This document shows, in pieces, positions 1 to 9,024 of a stretch of 64,000 nucleotides of DNA. The stretch covers positions 2,048,001 to 2,112,000 of the forward strand of contig CAWETU010000001.1 in NCBI GenBank assembly GCA_963812135.1, given 5' to 3'. A program made the translations under genes and the position numbers. The first letter of the stretch is position 1. Each line of letters opens with the position of its first letter. The stretch comes from Vulcanimicrobiota bacterium. GTDB lineage: Bacteria; Vulcanimicrobiota; Vulcanimicrobiia; Eremiobacterales; Eremiobacteraceae. The notes below the pieces were generated by a model. That model did not search any database. It saw only the letters and a list, made by a program, of their open reading frames with translations, and was not told the origin of the DNA.

Positions 1-1191
1 CGTCATGACGACGCTGCGCGTGTTGTCGAAGAGCCGTTCGCGCAGGGTCGGCGCGACCGTCACCGGCGCGCAGATCGCCGCGTATGAATCTCGCCGCTCG
101 CTCTCGCGCTCGACCCAGCAGATCCAACCGTCCAGGTTGAGCCGCAGCCGCTCGATCGTCTGAGCCGTCGCGGAGACCGAGGCCGCGAGCAGATCGCGGC
201 GGCGTTCGAGTGCGGCCTCGCCCAGCTGCGGGAACCGCGCGGCGCGCGACCAGTTCTCGGCGATCCAGTTCTCGACGCGATAGAGCGCGCGCTGCAGCGG
301 ATCCATCAGCTCGATGGCGCGCGGATTCTTCTCCAGTGGATACCGGCCGGCCGGCCCGTCGGCGAGCGCAGCGCTGAAGTCGTCGGCCGCCGCAGCGAGC
401 TCATCGCGTAGCAACTCTTTGAAGATGTAGGCGCGGTCGATCTTCTGCAGCAGCCGGCCGACGATCGCGCGCGAGAGCGATGATGAGAATGCGGCCGTCG
501 CCCATTCTTCGATCTGGTGTGCTTCGTCGAGCACCGCGTAGTCGTACGGCGGGATCAGGCCGCCGCCGCTCGCCAGGTCGATGAAGAAAAGCGCGTGGTT
601 GACGACGACGATGTCGGCGTGCCGCGCGCTTTCGCGGGCACGCATGTGGAAGCAGCGCTCGGGGCCGAAGAACTGGCATGCTTCCATGATGCAATCGTCG
701 GCGTCGGTGTCGACCTCGCGCCACAATGCGTCCGGCGGGATGAAGTCAAGCTCCGCGCGATCGCCGGTATCCGTGTGGCCGGCCCAACGGAACAGCTTGC
801 GATCGTGCTCGCCATGCGCGAGGACGAGACGCTTACGCAGCGTCTCCAACTTGTCGCGGCACAAATAGTTGTGCCGGCCTTTGAGCACGACGACGCGCGC
901 TTCGCTGGCGAGCGCGTCGAGGATCATCGGGATGTCTTTGGTCAGCAGCTGCTCTTGCAGCGCGAGCGTGGCCGTGGAAATGACGATGCGCTGGCCCGAC
1001 AGCAGGGCGGGCACGAGGTAGCCGAGCGACTTGCCCGTGCCGGTGCCGGCTTCGACCATGACGTGGACGTGTTCGAGCAGCCCGCGATTGACGAGTTTGG
1101 CCATGCCGATCTGCGCCGGCCGGCATTCATAGCCCGGTAGCGTGCGTGCGACAAGGCCACCTGGGCCGAGTACATCCTCGATCGTCAGCAT
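1..1191 (-). CDS. ATP-dependent DNA helicase, DinG/YoaA family (3' end runs off window)
   Basis: Manual translation from ATG 1191: MLTIEDVLGPGG...RPAQ (Q motif)...VEAGTGTGKS (Walker A)...ISTATLALQEQLL.KDIP...VVNHALFF...DEAH; frame stays open to position 1. Confidence 0.9.
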   Translation of the reverse strand, partial: MLTIEDVLGPGGLVARTLPGYECRPAQIGMAKLVNRGLLEHVHVMVEAGTGTGKSLGYLVPALLSGQRIVISTATLALQEQLLTKDIPMILDALASEARVVVLKGRHNYLCRDKLETLRKRLVLAHGEHDRKLFRWAGHTDTGDRAELDFIPPDALWREVDTDADDCIMEACQFFGPERCFHMRARESARHADIVVVNHALFFIDLASGGGLIPPYDYAVLDEAHQIEEWATAAFSSSLSRAIVGRLLQKIDRAYIFKELLRDELAAAADDFSAALADGPAGRYPLEKNPRAIELMDPLQRALYRVENWIAENWSRAARFPQLGEAALERRRDLLAASVSATAQTIERLRLNLDGWICWVERESERRDSYAAICAPVTVAPTLRERLFDNTRSVVMT

Positions 1192-1192
1192 G

Positions 1193-1206
1193 CGAACAGG
1201 TGTTCG
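1193..1206. promoter_or_regulatory. LexA (SOS) box, Gram-positive/Cheo type
   Basis: CGAACAGGTGTTCG matches CGAAC-RNRY-GTTCG exactly and lies 1 bp upstream of the helicase ATG. Confidence 0.8.
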
Positions 1207-1318
1207 TTTCGAGAGGGTCTGGGCCGGGACCCTTGAGTTGCGGATGATAACTAGGCCGACTCAGTCTGGCTCGCGAAACGGCCGCCTTCGAGTTCCCTTC
1301 ATCTCTTGGAGGACTGCA

Positions 1319-1627
1319 ATGCGTTCAATCGCCATCCTCACGTGCGCGTTCATCTTAGCGACCGTCGCCATAGCCGTCACGTCATCGCAGGCCAGCGCGG
1401 ACACGTACACTGGTCATGTGACACACGTTTCGACCGGCAATATCAAGGTCAAAGACAGCAGCGGCAAGGAGCTCAGTTTCCTTCTCGCGCCCTCGTTCGA
1501 TCAGATCTTCTCATCGGATGGGAAGACGACGTATCAGATGAAGGACATCACACCGGGCAGACACGTCAAGATCGTGTATCACCAGCAGCTTGGCATCCGC
1601 TACGCGGACAAGATCATCTTCTTATAG
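1319..1627 (+). CDS. Small secreted hypothetical protein
   Basis: GGAGG RBS before ATG; signal peptide MRSIAILTCAFILATVAIAVTSSQASA; beta-rich mature part. Confidence 0.7.
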   Translation: MRSIAILTCAFILATVAIAVTSSQASADTYTGHVTHVSTGNIKVKDSSGKELSFLLAPSFDQIFSSDGKTTYQMKDITPGRHVKIVYHQQLGIRYADKIIFL

Positions 1628-1651
1628 CCGTAAGGACTCAGCAAAAGCGCG

Positions 1652-1861
1652 CTAGATCTCATCCCAGTCGCGTTTTTGTTTGCGCCGGCGCTCGGCTTTT
1701 CGCTTGCGCTCGGCCAGCGTCTCGCTCACCCGAACCTGCGTGTTCACCGGCAACGTCGGCCGGACAGCACGACGGCGCTGCGCCTCGATCTTCTGCTTGA
1801 TCTCCGTCAGGCGCTTGGCGCTCGCTTTCTTCGGGTTTTTCCGCTTCTTGCTGCGCGACAT
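1652..1861 (-). CDS. Small, very basic hypothetical protein (69 aa)
   Basis: MSRSKKRKNPKK...RRRKQKRDWDEI fills the gap between genes; hairpin spans its stop codon. Confidence 0.55.
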   Translation of the reverse strand: MSRSKKRKNPKKASAKRLTEIKQKIEAQRRRAVRPTLPVNTQVRVSETLAERKRKAERRRKQKRDWDEI

Positions 1862-1918
1862 GCGCGCGGCTTTTCGGGCCGGAGGCGCGCGCGCCTGCCC
1901 GTGAGAATAGACCGGGCG

Positions 1919-3019
1919 ATGAAGACCACGACGGCGGCGCTCGCGCAGCCGACGAGCGGCTCGATCCCGACGACGATGCGAGCGCTTGTCAAAGAGCGGC
2001 CCGGCCCCGGCATGTCGTTGCGCGAAGTCCCCGTGCCCTCGATCGGCCCGAGCGACGTGCTGATCCGCGTCCACAAGGCAGGCATCTGCGGCACCGATCA
2101 GCACATCTGGAACTGGGACCCCTGGGCGGCCGGGCGGGTCCATCCGCCGTGCATCATCGGTCACGAATTCATGGGCGTTGTGGCGGCGGCCGGCGATCTG
2201 GTCAAGACCGTTGCGGTCGGCGAGCGCGTGTCGGCCGAGGGGCATATCGCCGATGGAACGTGCTTCTTGTGCCGCACCGGCCAACCGCACATCTGCGTCG
2301 CCGTGAAGGTCATCGGCGTCGATCGCGACGGCTGCTTCGCTGATTACATCGCGATGCCGGAGAGCAATGTTTGGAAACTTGACCCATCCGTGCCGGACAC
2401 GTGGGCCGCGATCTTCGATCCCTTCGGCAACGCGGTGCACACGGTCAGCGAGGCGCACGTCAGCCTCAAGTCGGTGCTCATCACCGGTGCGGGTTCGATC
2501 GGTCTGATGGCGGTTGCTGTAGCGGCGGCGGCCGGCGCGTCACGGGTCATCGCAGTCGATCCCAACCCGCACAAACGCGCGTTGGCGAAACAGCTGGGCG
2601 CGCACGCGGTCTTCGATCCTTCCGATCGCGGCATGCGCCGTGCGATCCTCGATCTCACCAGCGACACCGGTCCTGACGTGTTCTTGGAGATGAGCGGTAG
2701 CGGGGCGGCGCTAGAATCCGGTCTTTCGATGTTGCGCCATGGCGGGCGCGCAGCCATCCTGGGCATCTCCGCGGGCAAGGTCACCCTCGACGTGTCGGAG
2801 CTCATCGTGCTCAAAGGCATCACCGTGCTCGGGATCTTTGGACGCAAGATCTGGGAGACATGGTATCAGATGCAGCAGCTGGTGAAAGACAAGCGCGTCG
2901 ATCTTGCGCCCGTCATCTCGCACGTGGTTCCATTCGAGCGATTTGAAGAATGCTTCACGACGTTGAAGCAGCACGACGCGGTGAAGATCGTCTTGGACAT
3001 CGCCGGGCCGGCGTCGTGA
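1919..3019 (+). CDS. tdh: L-threonine 3-dehydrogenase
   Basis: GICGTD, GHE, GAGSIG and EMSG motifs of the Zn-MDR family; overlaps kbl. Start could instead be MRALVK at 1976. Confidence 0.9.
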   Translation: MKTTTAALAQPTSGSIPTTMRALVKERPGPGMSLREVPVPSIGPSDVLIRVHKAGICGTDQHIWNWDPWAAGRVHPPCIIGHEFMGVVAAAGDLVKTVAVGERVSAEGHIADGTCFLCRTGQPHICVAVKVIGVDRDGCFADYIAMPESNVWKLDPSVPDTWAAIFDPFGNAVHTVSEAHVSLKSVLITGAGSIGLMAVAVAAAAGASRVIAVDPNPHKRALAKQLGAHAVFDPSDRGMRRAILDLTSDTGPDVFLEMSGSGAALESGLSMLRHGGRAAILGISAGKVTLDVSELIVLKGITVLGIFGRKIWETWYQMQQLVKDKRVDLAPVISHVVPFERFEECFTTLKQHDAVKIVLDIAGPAS

Positions 3020-4209
3020 ATCAGGTCTTCAACCGCAAACTCAAATCGGAACTTGACGCGCTGCGCGAGGCGGGTACGTTCAAGCATCTACGGCACATCA
3101 CGACGCCGATGGCGGCAACCGTGCACATGGCTGAGACGGGCGACGCCATCGTCTTGTCGAGCAACAACTACCTGGGGCTCGCCGACAATCCGCGAGTCGT
3201 GCAAGCCGGCATCGATGGGCTGAAGCATTACGGAGCCGGTACGGCGAGCGTGCGTTTCATCTGCGGCACGTTGGATATACACAAGCGTTTGGAAGAGCGG
3301 ATCGCGCGCTTTTTGGGGACCGCGAATTCGCTGACCTATGTCTCGTGCTGGGCCGCGAACACCGGTCTCATCCCGACGATCGCGGTCGAAGGGACCGCTA
3401 TCGTGTCGGACGAGCTCAACCATGCGTCCATCATCGATGGTTGCCGGATGGCGACGCAAGCGCAGCGCCTGCGCTACAAGCACTCCGACATGGCGGATCT
3501 CGAAGCCAAGCTCGCGGATCTCCCGCCGGATATGATCAAGTTCATCATCACGGACGGCGTCTTCTCGATGGAAGGCGACCTCGCCAAGCTCCCGCAGATC
3601 GTCGCCTTGGCGAAACGCTATAACGCGGTGACCATCGTGGACGACAGCCACGGCACCGGCGTAATGGGAAAGACCGGCCGCGGCACGATCGAGCACTTCG
3701 GGCTCACTGGGCAGATCGATATCATCACCGGCACGTTAGGCAAGGCTCTGGGCGGCGCAGCGGGCGGATTCGTGGCCGGCTCGGACGATCTGATCGAAAC
3801 GCTCATCCAAAAATCGCGGCCGCAACTGTTCTCCAACGCGCTGCCGGCGACCGTCGCGTGCAGCGCGCTTGCCGCGATCGAGGAGCTCGACAGCCAGCCC
3901 GAGATGCTCACGAAGCAGCGCGATAACATCGCGTATTTTCGCGCGGGTCTGGCTCGGCTCGGCTACAAGCCGATCGAAGGCGATAGCGCGATCATCCCCA
4001 TCATCGTCGGCGAGACCTCGTTCGCCATAAAAATGAGCGACATGCTCTTAAAGGAAGGCGTGTTCGTCACCGGTTTCGGCTTCCCGGTCGTGCCTGAAGG
4101 CACGGCGCGCATCCGCGTGCAGATGAGCGCGGCGCTCGAGCGCGAGCACCTCGATCGCGCGCTGGCGGCGTTCCAACGCGTCGGACGCGAACTAGGTCTG
4201 ATAAAGTAG
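3016..4209 (+). CDS. kbl: Glycine C-acetyltransferase (2-amino-3-ketobutyrate CoA ligase)
   Basis: SNNYLGLA, SVRFICGT, LNHASIIDG, DGVFSMEG, TLGKALGG; GTGA overlap with tdh. Confidence 0.92.
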   Translation: MNQVFNRKLKSELDALREAGTFKHLRHITTPMAATVHMAETGDAIVLSSNNYLGLADNPRVVQAGIDGLKHYGAGTASVRFICGTLDIHKRLEERIARFLGTANSLTYVSCWAANTGLIPTIAVEGTAIVSDELNHASIIDGCRMATQAQRLRYKHSDMADLEAKLADLPPDMIKFIITDGVFSMEGDLAKLPQIVALAKRYNAVTIVDDSHGTGVMGKTGRGTIEHFGLTGQIDIITGTLGKALGGAAGGFVAGSDDLIETLIQKSRPQLFSNALPATVACSALAAIEELDSQPEMLTKQRDNIAYFRAGLARLGYKPIEGDSAIIPIIVGETSFAIKMSDMLLKEGVFVTGFGFPVVPEGTARIRVQMSAALEREHLDRALAAFQRVGRELGLIK

Positions 4210-4271
4210 GAACTATTCGGCCCGCCGAAGCGTTGCACGGGTAGCGTTCTTCGCTTTTTGGAGGATGGCTT

Positions 4272-5816
4272 ATGCGTTGGCATTCGATCGTCATCGCCTT
4301 TTCTCTCGCTCTTGCTTCGATTGCCGGCCCCAGCACGGGCTTGCCGGCAGCCACGTCCGCAACGACCACGATGAGCCGGCCCGTGCTTGCGGCAGCGCCT
4401 TCAGGCCTTCAGGTTTTCACGTCGCCGAGCGCTTGCGCCTCACACCCGGGCATGCCGAACTGCGCGAACGCGCTCTCGGGCGGTCTGGTGCTCTTCGCTT
4501 GGACCTGCGCCGGCTGCGATCCGAAATGGTCAGCGCTCTTCGTCGTCAACGGGCAAGCCTCGCCTGCAACCGATATCACGCTCGCTCCTTCAAAAGTGCT
4601 CGGTCTCACGGTCCGCAAGAATCAATTCAAGCCGGCAGACTGCGTCGCGATCCGGATCTACAATCCGGCGAACGCCGCGCAAAACGCGACGAGCAATGCG
4701 GTCTGCCTGACCTCAGCGCTCGCGGTGCATGCGATGACACCGGTTATGCCAGCTGGGCCAGGTACTTTAAAACCAGGAACGGTGCAGAGCAGCACGACGT
4801 CCGCGCACGCAGGCGCTGTCAACCCCGCGCTCACGATGGTCAATCCGAACTTTGTGCCGGCGCCGAGCGGCATGGGCATCACGCACGACACGCCGACCTG
4901 CACCGCGCACGGCGGGTTCGGCGGCGGCTTGGCGTGCACGGCAGGACTGCAGGCCGGGATGCTCGCGTTGGTCTGGAACTGCGCTAATTGCAAGGTCGAT
5001 GGTTATCGGCTCTACCGCGTAGACGGTGGCCGGCACGATTTGCAGCCGTCCGGTGGGGCGTACGCCAGCGACGCGACCGTCACACTCGCGCTGCTGAGTG
5101 CGCCCAGCGATGGCTTCAACGGCAAGTGCTACGCGGTGACCGCGTATAAGGGTGCAAACGAGTCAGCGCTCAGCAACTGGGGATGCGCCGGCGCCGGGAG
5201 CACGGCCACGACGACGACCCTGTCGGCGGCGCACGTGCTGCATTGGTACCATTCTCGCGAGAGCAGAACCGGGACGATCGGATGGACGCACTCGCCCTAC
5301 GACAATTACGATTCCAGCCTCTACGTCGGCTACGCTGATCATTACGGCGAGAACACGTTCGGCGATCTTTATTTCGACCAATTCAATCGCCTCGGCCTCA
5401 TGTACGACCTCTCGCCGCTGTCAGGCCACCCGATTAGCAAGGCGATCCTCAAGCTCTCCGCACTCTCGTCGTGGCATGACTTCGACAGCACGGACTATGT
5501 GAAGGTCGAGACGGCAAACCTGTCGTCGCAAAGCCCGGAGGCCTGCGTCACGATCGTCGACGTCGCCACCGACCACTGGTGGCTCAACAACGACATGAAC
5601 AGCACGGTCAGCTATCTCTCGCCCGGCGCATTCATGGGTCCGGATTTCAGCATCGACGTCACGAGCGAAGTGCAGAAATGGCTCGGGTTGGCAGCGCCGC
5701 CGAATTTCGGCTTCGTGCTGCGCGGTGACGATGAGAACGACCTGTGGCATGGCAACACCAACCACGTGTGTCTGACGCAGCTGCAATCCGCCTCGCTCGT
5801 GGTCACGTATTATTAG
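4272..5816 (+). CDS. Secreted Cys-rich protein with a duplicated N-terminal module and a DNRLRE-like C-terminal domain
   Basis: GGAGG RBS, signal peptide, two similar C..H....C...L..G.....W.C..C modules, DVT..V..W...N.GF.L motif. Confidence 0.7.
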   Translation: MRWHSIVIAFSLALASIAGPSTGLPAATSATTTMSRPVLAAAPSGLQVFTSPSACASHPGMPNCANALSGGLVLFAWTCAGCDPKWSALFVVNGQASPATDITLAPSKVLGLTVRKNQFKPADCVAIRIYNPANAAQNATSNAVCLTSALAVHAMTPVMPAGPGTLKPGTVQSSTTSAHAGAVNPALTMVNPNFVPAPSGMGITHDTPTCTAHGGFGGGLACTAGLQAGMLALVWNCANCKVDGYRLYRVDGGRHDLQPSGGAYASDATVTLALLSAPSDGFNGKCYAVTAYKGANESALSNWGCAGAGSTATTTTLSAAHVLHWYHSRESRTGTIGWTHSPYDNYDSSLYVGYADHYGENTFGDLYFDQFNRLGLMYDLSPLSGHPISKAILKLSALSSWHDFDSTDYVKVETANLSSQSPEACVTIVDVATDHWWLNNDMNSTVSYLSPGAFMGPDFSIDVTSEVQKWLGLAAPPNFGFVLRGDDENDLWHGNTNHVCLTQLQSASLVVTYY

Positions 5817-7228
5817 AGATGCTCGTCTTGGAGCAGCCAGGTCATGGCCTGGACGCACGTGCCCCAGTTCATCCATAGCTGCGGCGGCCGGACGAGGATG
5901 GGCGTCTGTTGGATAGCGTTCTCCAGATTCGAGTCCGGTATGGGCGGCAGCGGATCTGCGTCGAATCCGCCAGCGCTTCGGAAGATCAATTCGGCGAACA
6001 TCGCGTCTGCCCAACCGAAGGACGTTCGTGTGAACCGGCTTGGGTCGTCCGGATCGAAACTTTCGTGGAATAGCGCCCCGATGCGCATCGCGGACGCGAC
6101 CTGGCGGATGGCGGTCATCGTCTCAGCATCTGATTCACCAGTGATGCCCTGCGCCGCGATACCGAGCGGCCACACGTAGCCGGTCGGCGTGTGCGGGCTA
6201 CCCAGACCCGCGGCGTACTTTCCGGTGTAGAAGTACGGGTTGCTCTTCGAGAGCGCGAAGCGGCGCGTGTTCGTGTAGAAAGGATCATCGGCGGCCGCGT
6301 ATCCGTAATACGTCGCGGAGATAAGATTTGGAAGGTTCGCGTCGTCCATGAACAGCGTGTGCCCGAGACCATCGACCTCATATGCATACATCCAGCCGAA
6401 CGTGACGTTGTACACCCTGCCGTAGCGCTTGATGCCATCGTCGACGTCGTTCGCGAGCTTCGCCGCCTGTGCTGCGAGGTTCGTGTCGCTGTACCCCTGC
6501 GTCGCGAGGTCGGCCGCTTCGCGCATCGCCACGACCGCGAACATGTTCTGCGGCACGTTGTACGAGTACCTGACCGGATCGTCTGACGGCCGGAAAGCGG
6601 ACCAGATCATCCCCGTGTAGGCGAAGTCGGCGCCTCGGCCACTCATAAGAAAGCGCGAGCGGTAGTGCGAGCACGTCGCGTGGTGCTGCTCGCACACAAG
6701 CGTCGCCACGCTGTGCTGCAGCGCCCAATGCAGCCGTGGCGTGAACATCGCGCGATCGCCGGTGCGTCGCCAGTATGTGTAGGCGAGCGTCACCGGATAT
6801 GCGAGCGAATCGACCTCCCACTTCTCCTCCCATATCTTGTAGCCGGCGGTGAACGCGTTGGCGTAAGGATCGGTCAGCACGTTCTTGGCATTGCGCTCGA
6901 TCACGCCTCTGATGAGCGGCCCCGTCTTCGGAAGCTGCGCGACGAATCGCACGTACGGCTTGGCCTGCGCGGAGGAATCGCGCAGCCACATCGCCGGGAT
7001 GTCGCCTGTCTGGACATAGATAGTGCCGTCGTTCTGCAAGAAAAAATCGGCACCCAGCGTTTGGAAGAGCACCGCAGCGGGGATTTGAACCGGATCCGGA
7101 TTGATCCGCGACTTCGGAATGGCGACGTATTGCAGGCTAGGACCGTGAAAGGCCAGCGCCATCGCCGGCGAGAGCGACACCGCCAGCGAGATCGCGATCG
7201 CGCGCGCCAGTCGGTGCAGCAAAGTCAC
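5813..7228 (-). CDS. Glycoside hydrolase family 125 (exo-alpha-1,6-mannosidase-like), secreted
   Basis: TGDIPAMWLRDS, EEKWEVDSL, FRPSDD, MDDANLP, HESF, FGWADAMF; start estimated at GTG 7228. Confidence 0.88.
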   Translation of the reverse strand: MTLLHRLARAIAISLAVSLSPAMALAFHGPSLQYVAIPKSRINPDPVQIPAAVLFQTLGADFFLQNDGTIYVQTGDIPAMWLRDSSAQAKPYVRFVAQLPKTGPLIRGVIERNAKNVLTDPYANAFTAGYKIWEEKWEVDSLAYPVTLAYTYWRRTGDRAMFTPRLHWALQHSVATLVCEQHHATCSHYRSRFLMSGRGADFAYTGMIWSAFRPSDDPVRYSYNVPQNMFAVVAMREAADLATQGYSDTNLAAQAAKLANDVDDGIKRYGRVYNVTFGWMYAYEVDGLGHTLFMDDANLPNLISATYYGYAAADDPFYTNTRRFALSKSNPYFYTGKYAAGLGSPHTPTGYVWPLGIAAQGITGESDAETMTAIRQVASAMRIGALFHESFDPDDPSRFTRTSFGWADAMFAELIFRSAGGFDADPLPPIPDSNLENAIQQTPILVRPPQLWMNWGTCVQAMTWLLQDEHL

Positions 7229-7314
7229 GTCCCGCTGGTTCGCAAAAGCGCTCCGTATTCCCGCCCGCGATATGTCGGAGGTTATCAACCCGCTGCAAAA
7301 CGAAGCGGGAGCCA

Positions 7315-8526
7315 ATGGTCGCTCGTATCCTGCCCATCCTCGGCATCACGTTCATCGACATCTTCGGCTTCTCGATCCTCATCCCGATCATGCCGTATTT
7401 CGTCACCAGTTTCGGCGCGTCGGATCTGACGGTCGGCCTGTTGTTCTCGACGTTCGCCGCGTGCCAGTTCGTCGCCGGGCCGGTCTGGGGCAATGTCAGC
7501 GACCGCTATGGCCGAAAACGCGTGCTCATCATCAGCCAGATCGGCGCGATCATCGGCTGGACGATGCTCGCGTTCGCGAATACGCTCAATCTCGTGTTCA
7601 TCGCACGCATCATCGAAGGCACGTCGGGCGGCAACATCAGCGTGACGCAAGCATACGTCGCCGATCTCGTCGAGCCCAAGGACCGTGCGCGTGCGTTCGG
7701 TTATGTTGGCGCAGCCTTCAGCGTCGGCTTTGTGTTCGGGCCGTTGCTCGGAGGATTCTTGCTGCGGTACGGCTACGCTTGGCCCTTTCTGGCCGCCGCC
7801 GCGCTCCAACTACTCACGTTGTTGTTGACGATCTTCATGCTGCCCGAGTCGACGACCAAAGACGAGCGCTCGAAGGTCGCCACGCTCGCCGACATCTGGA
7901 CATCGTTGACGAATCGAGACTTGTCGCCGCTGCTCATCCAGCTTTGGGCGGTGTCGCTGGCGCTGTATGCGTGGTTTGCCGTGGTGACGCTCCTGCTCAA
8001 AGAGGCTGTCGGCTTTAGCGCGATCTCAAGCAGTTTCTTCTTCGCGGCCTTCGGCGTGATCAGCGTGCTTTTCCAAGTGTTGGCGGTCGGAGAGACCAAC
8101 GACCGGCTCGGGGCCCGCAACACGGCCAATCTCGGCATCGGCTGCTTGCTGCTCGGCTTCTTGCTCGTGCCGCTGGTCCACGGCGTGTGGACCGTGCTGC
8201 CGACGATGGTGCTCTTCGGATTCGGAATGGCGATCGCTCGGCCGAGCCTCACCGCGTTGTTGACCGATCGCACTCCTGAGAATCAGCGCGGCACGATCTT
8301 GGGCGTCAATTCAGCGTTGGACAACCTTTCAGGCATCCTCATGCCGCCACTGTCGACCGGCGTGCTCGGTCGATTCGGCCCAGCGTGGGCCGGCGCTCCG
8401 TCCGCGTTCTGGTCAGCGATCGCGTTGGCGCTCGGATTGAACGCCCGCCGCAAAGAGCGAATGACAGAGGTGAAGCTTGATCCGCGCACGGCCCCACTCG
8501 GGCCGACGCCTGAAACGGCCGAATAA
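7315..8526 (+). CDS. MFS transporter (TetA/DHA1-like)
   Basis: Motif A GNVSDRYGRKRVL, GFVFGPLLGG, ~12 TM segments. Confidence 0.88.
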   Translation: MVARILPILGITFIDIFGFSILIPIMPYFVTSFGASDLTVGLLFSTFAACQFVAGPVWGNVSDRYGRKRVLIISQIGAIIGWTMLAFANTLNLVFIARIIEGTSGGNISVTQAYVADLVEPKDRARAFGYVGAAFSVGFVFGPLLGGFLLRYGYAWPFLAAAALQLLTLLLTIFMLPESTTKDERSKVATLADIWTSLTNRDLSPLLIQLWAVSLALYAWFAVVTLLLKEAVGFSAISSSFFFAAFGVISVLFQVLAVGETNDRLGARNTANLGIGCLLLGFLLVPLVHGVWTVLPTMVLFGFGMAIARPSLTALLTDRTPENQRGTILGVNSALDNLSGILMPPLSTGVLGRFGPAWAGAPSAFWSAIALALGLNARRKERMTEVKLDPRTAPLGPTPETAE

Positions 8527-8541
8527 ATATTCGGCCGCTAC
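8516..8541 (-). repeat. GTAG-tagged REP-like palindrome, family A
   Basis: CGGCCGAATA-AA-TATTCGGCCG-CTAC; contains the stop codons of both convergent genes. Confidence 0.8.
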
Positions 8542-8984
8542 GATATCTCGAGGCGCATACGAATGCCGGGGCCGAAACGCGTCGGCACGTGACCTGATCC
8601 CGTGAAGCCGACCTTCGTATAGAAATCCTCGGCGCGTGGGTTGGCGATAACGTCGATCGCGCGCACGCCTTCATGCCGAGCGAGCTCCATTGCGTCGAGC
8701 ACCAACGCCCGGCCGATGCCTTTACCCCAATGCGACGGCTCGACGAAAAGGCCATCGAGCTCCCACGCACCTGACGTTTGCGGTAAGGTCACCGAAAAGC
8801 CGACCGGCTGATTTTCGATCTCGGCCACTCGCACTCGGCGCTCTTCAAGCTGACTCCCGGGCAGCTCGATCGCATCGGGATGCGCTAAGAGATCCTCGCG
8901 CGTCTCTTCATAGACGAGTGAAGCGCGCCGCTGAAGGTCTTCCAGCGTTACGCGCTCCGAGACAATACCGTATCGGATATGCAC
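8538..8984 (-). CDS. GNAT family N-acetyltransferase
   Basis: LFVEPSHWGKGIGRAL, ANPRAEDFYTKVGF. Confidence 0.85.
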   Translation of the reverse strand: MHIRYGIVSERVTLEDLQRRASLVYEETREDLLAHPDAIELPGSQLEERRVRVAEIENQPVGFSVTLPQTSGAWELDGLFVEPSHWGKGIGRALVLDAMELARHEGVRAIDVIANPRAEDFYTKVGFTGSGHVPTRFGPGIRMRLEIS

Positions 8985-9000
8985 GCCCGATATTATAGCA

Positions 9001-9024
9001 CGGTCGAATAAATTCGACCGCTAC
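9001..9024 (-). repeat. GTAG-tagged REP-like palindrome, family A (consensus copy)
   Basis: CGGTCGAA-TAAA-TTCGACCG-CTAC; the TAG of GTAG is the TPR gene stop. Confidence 0.85.
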
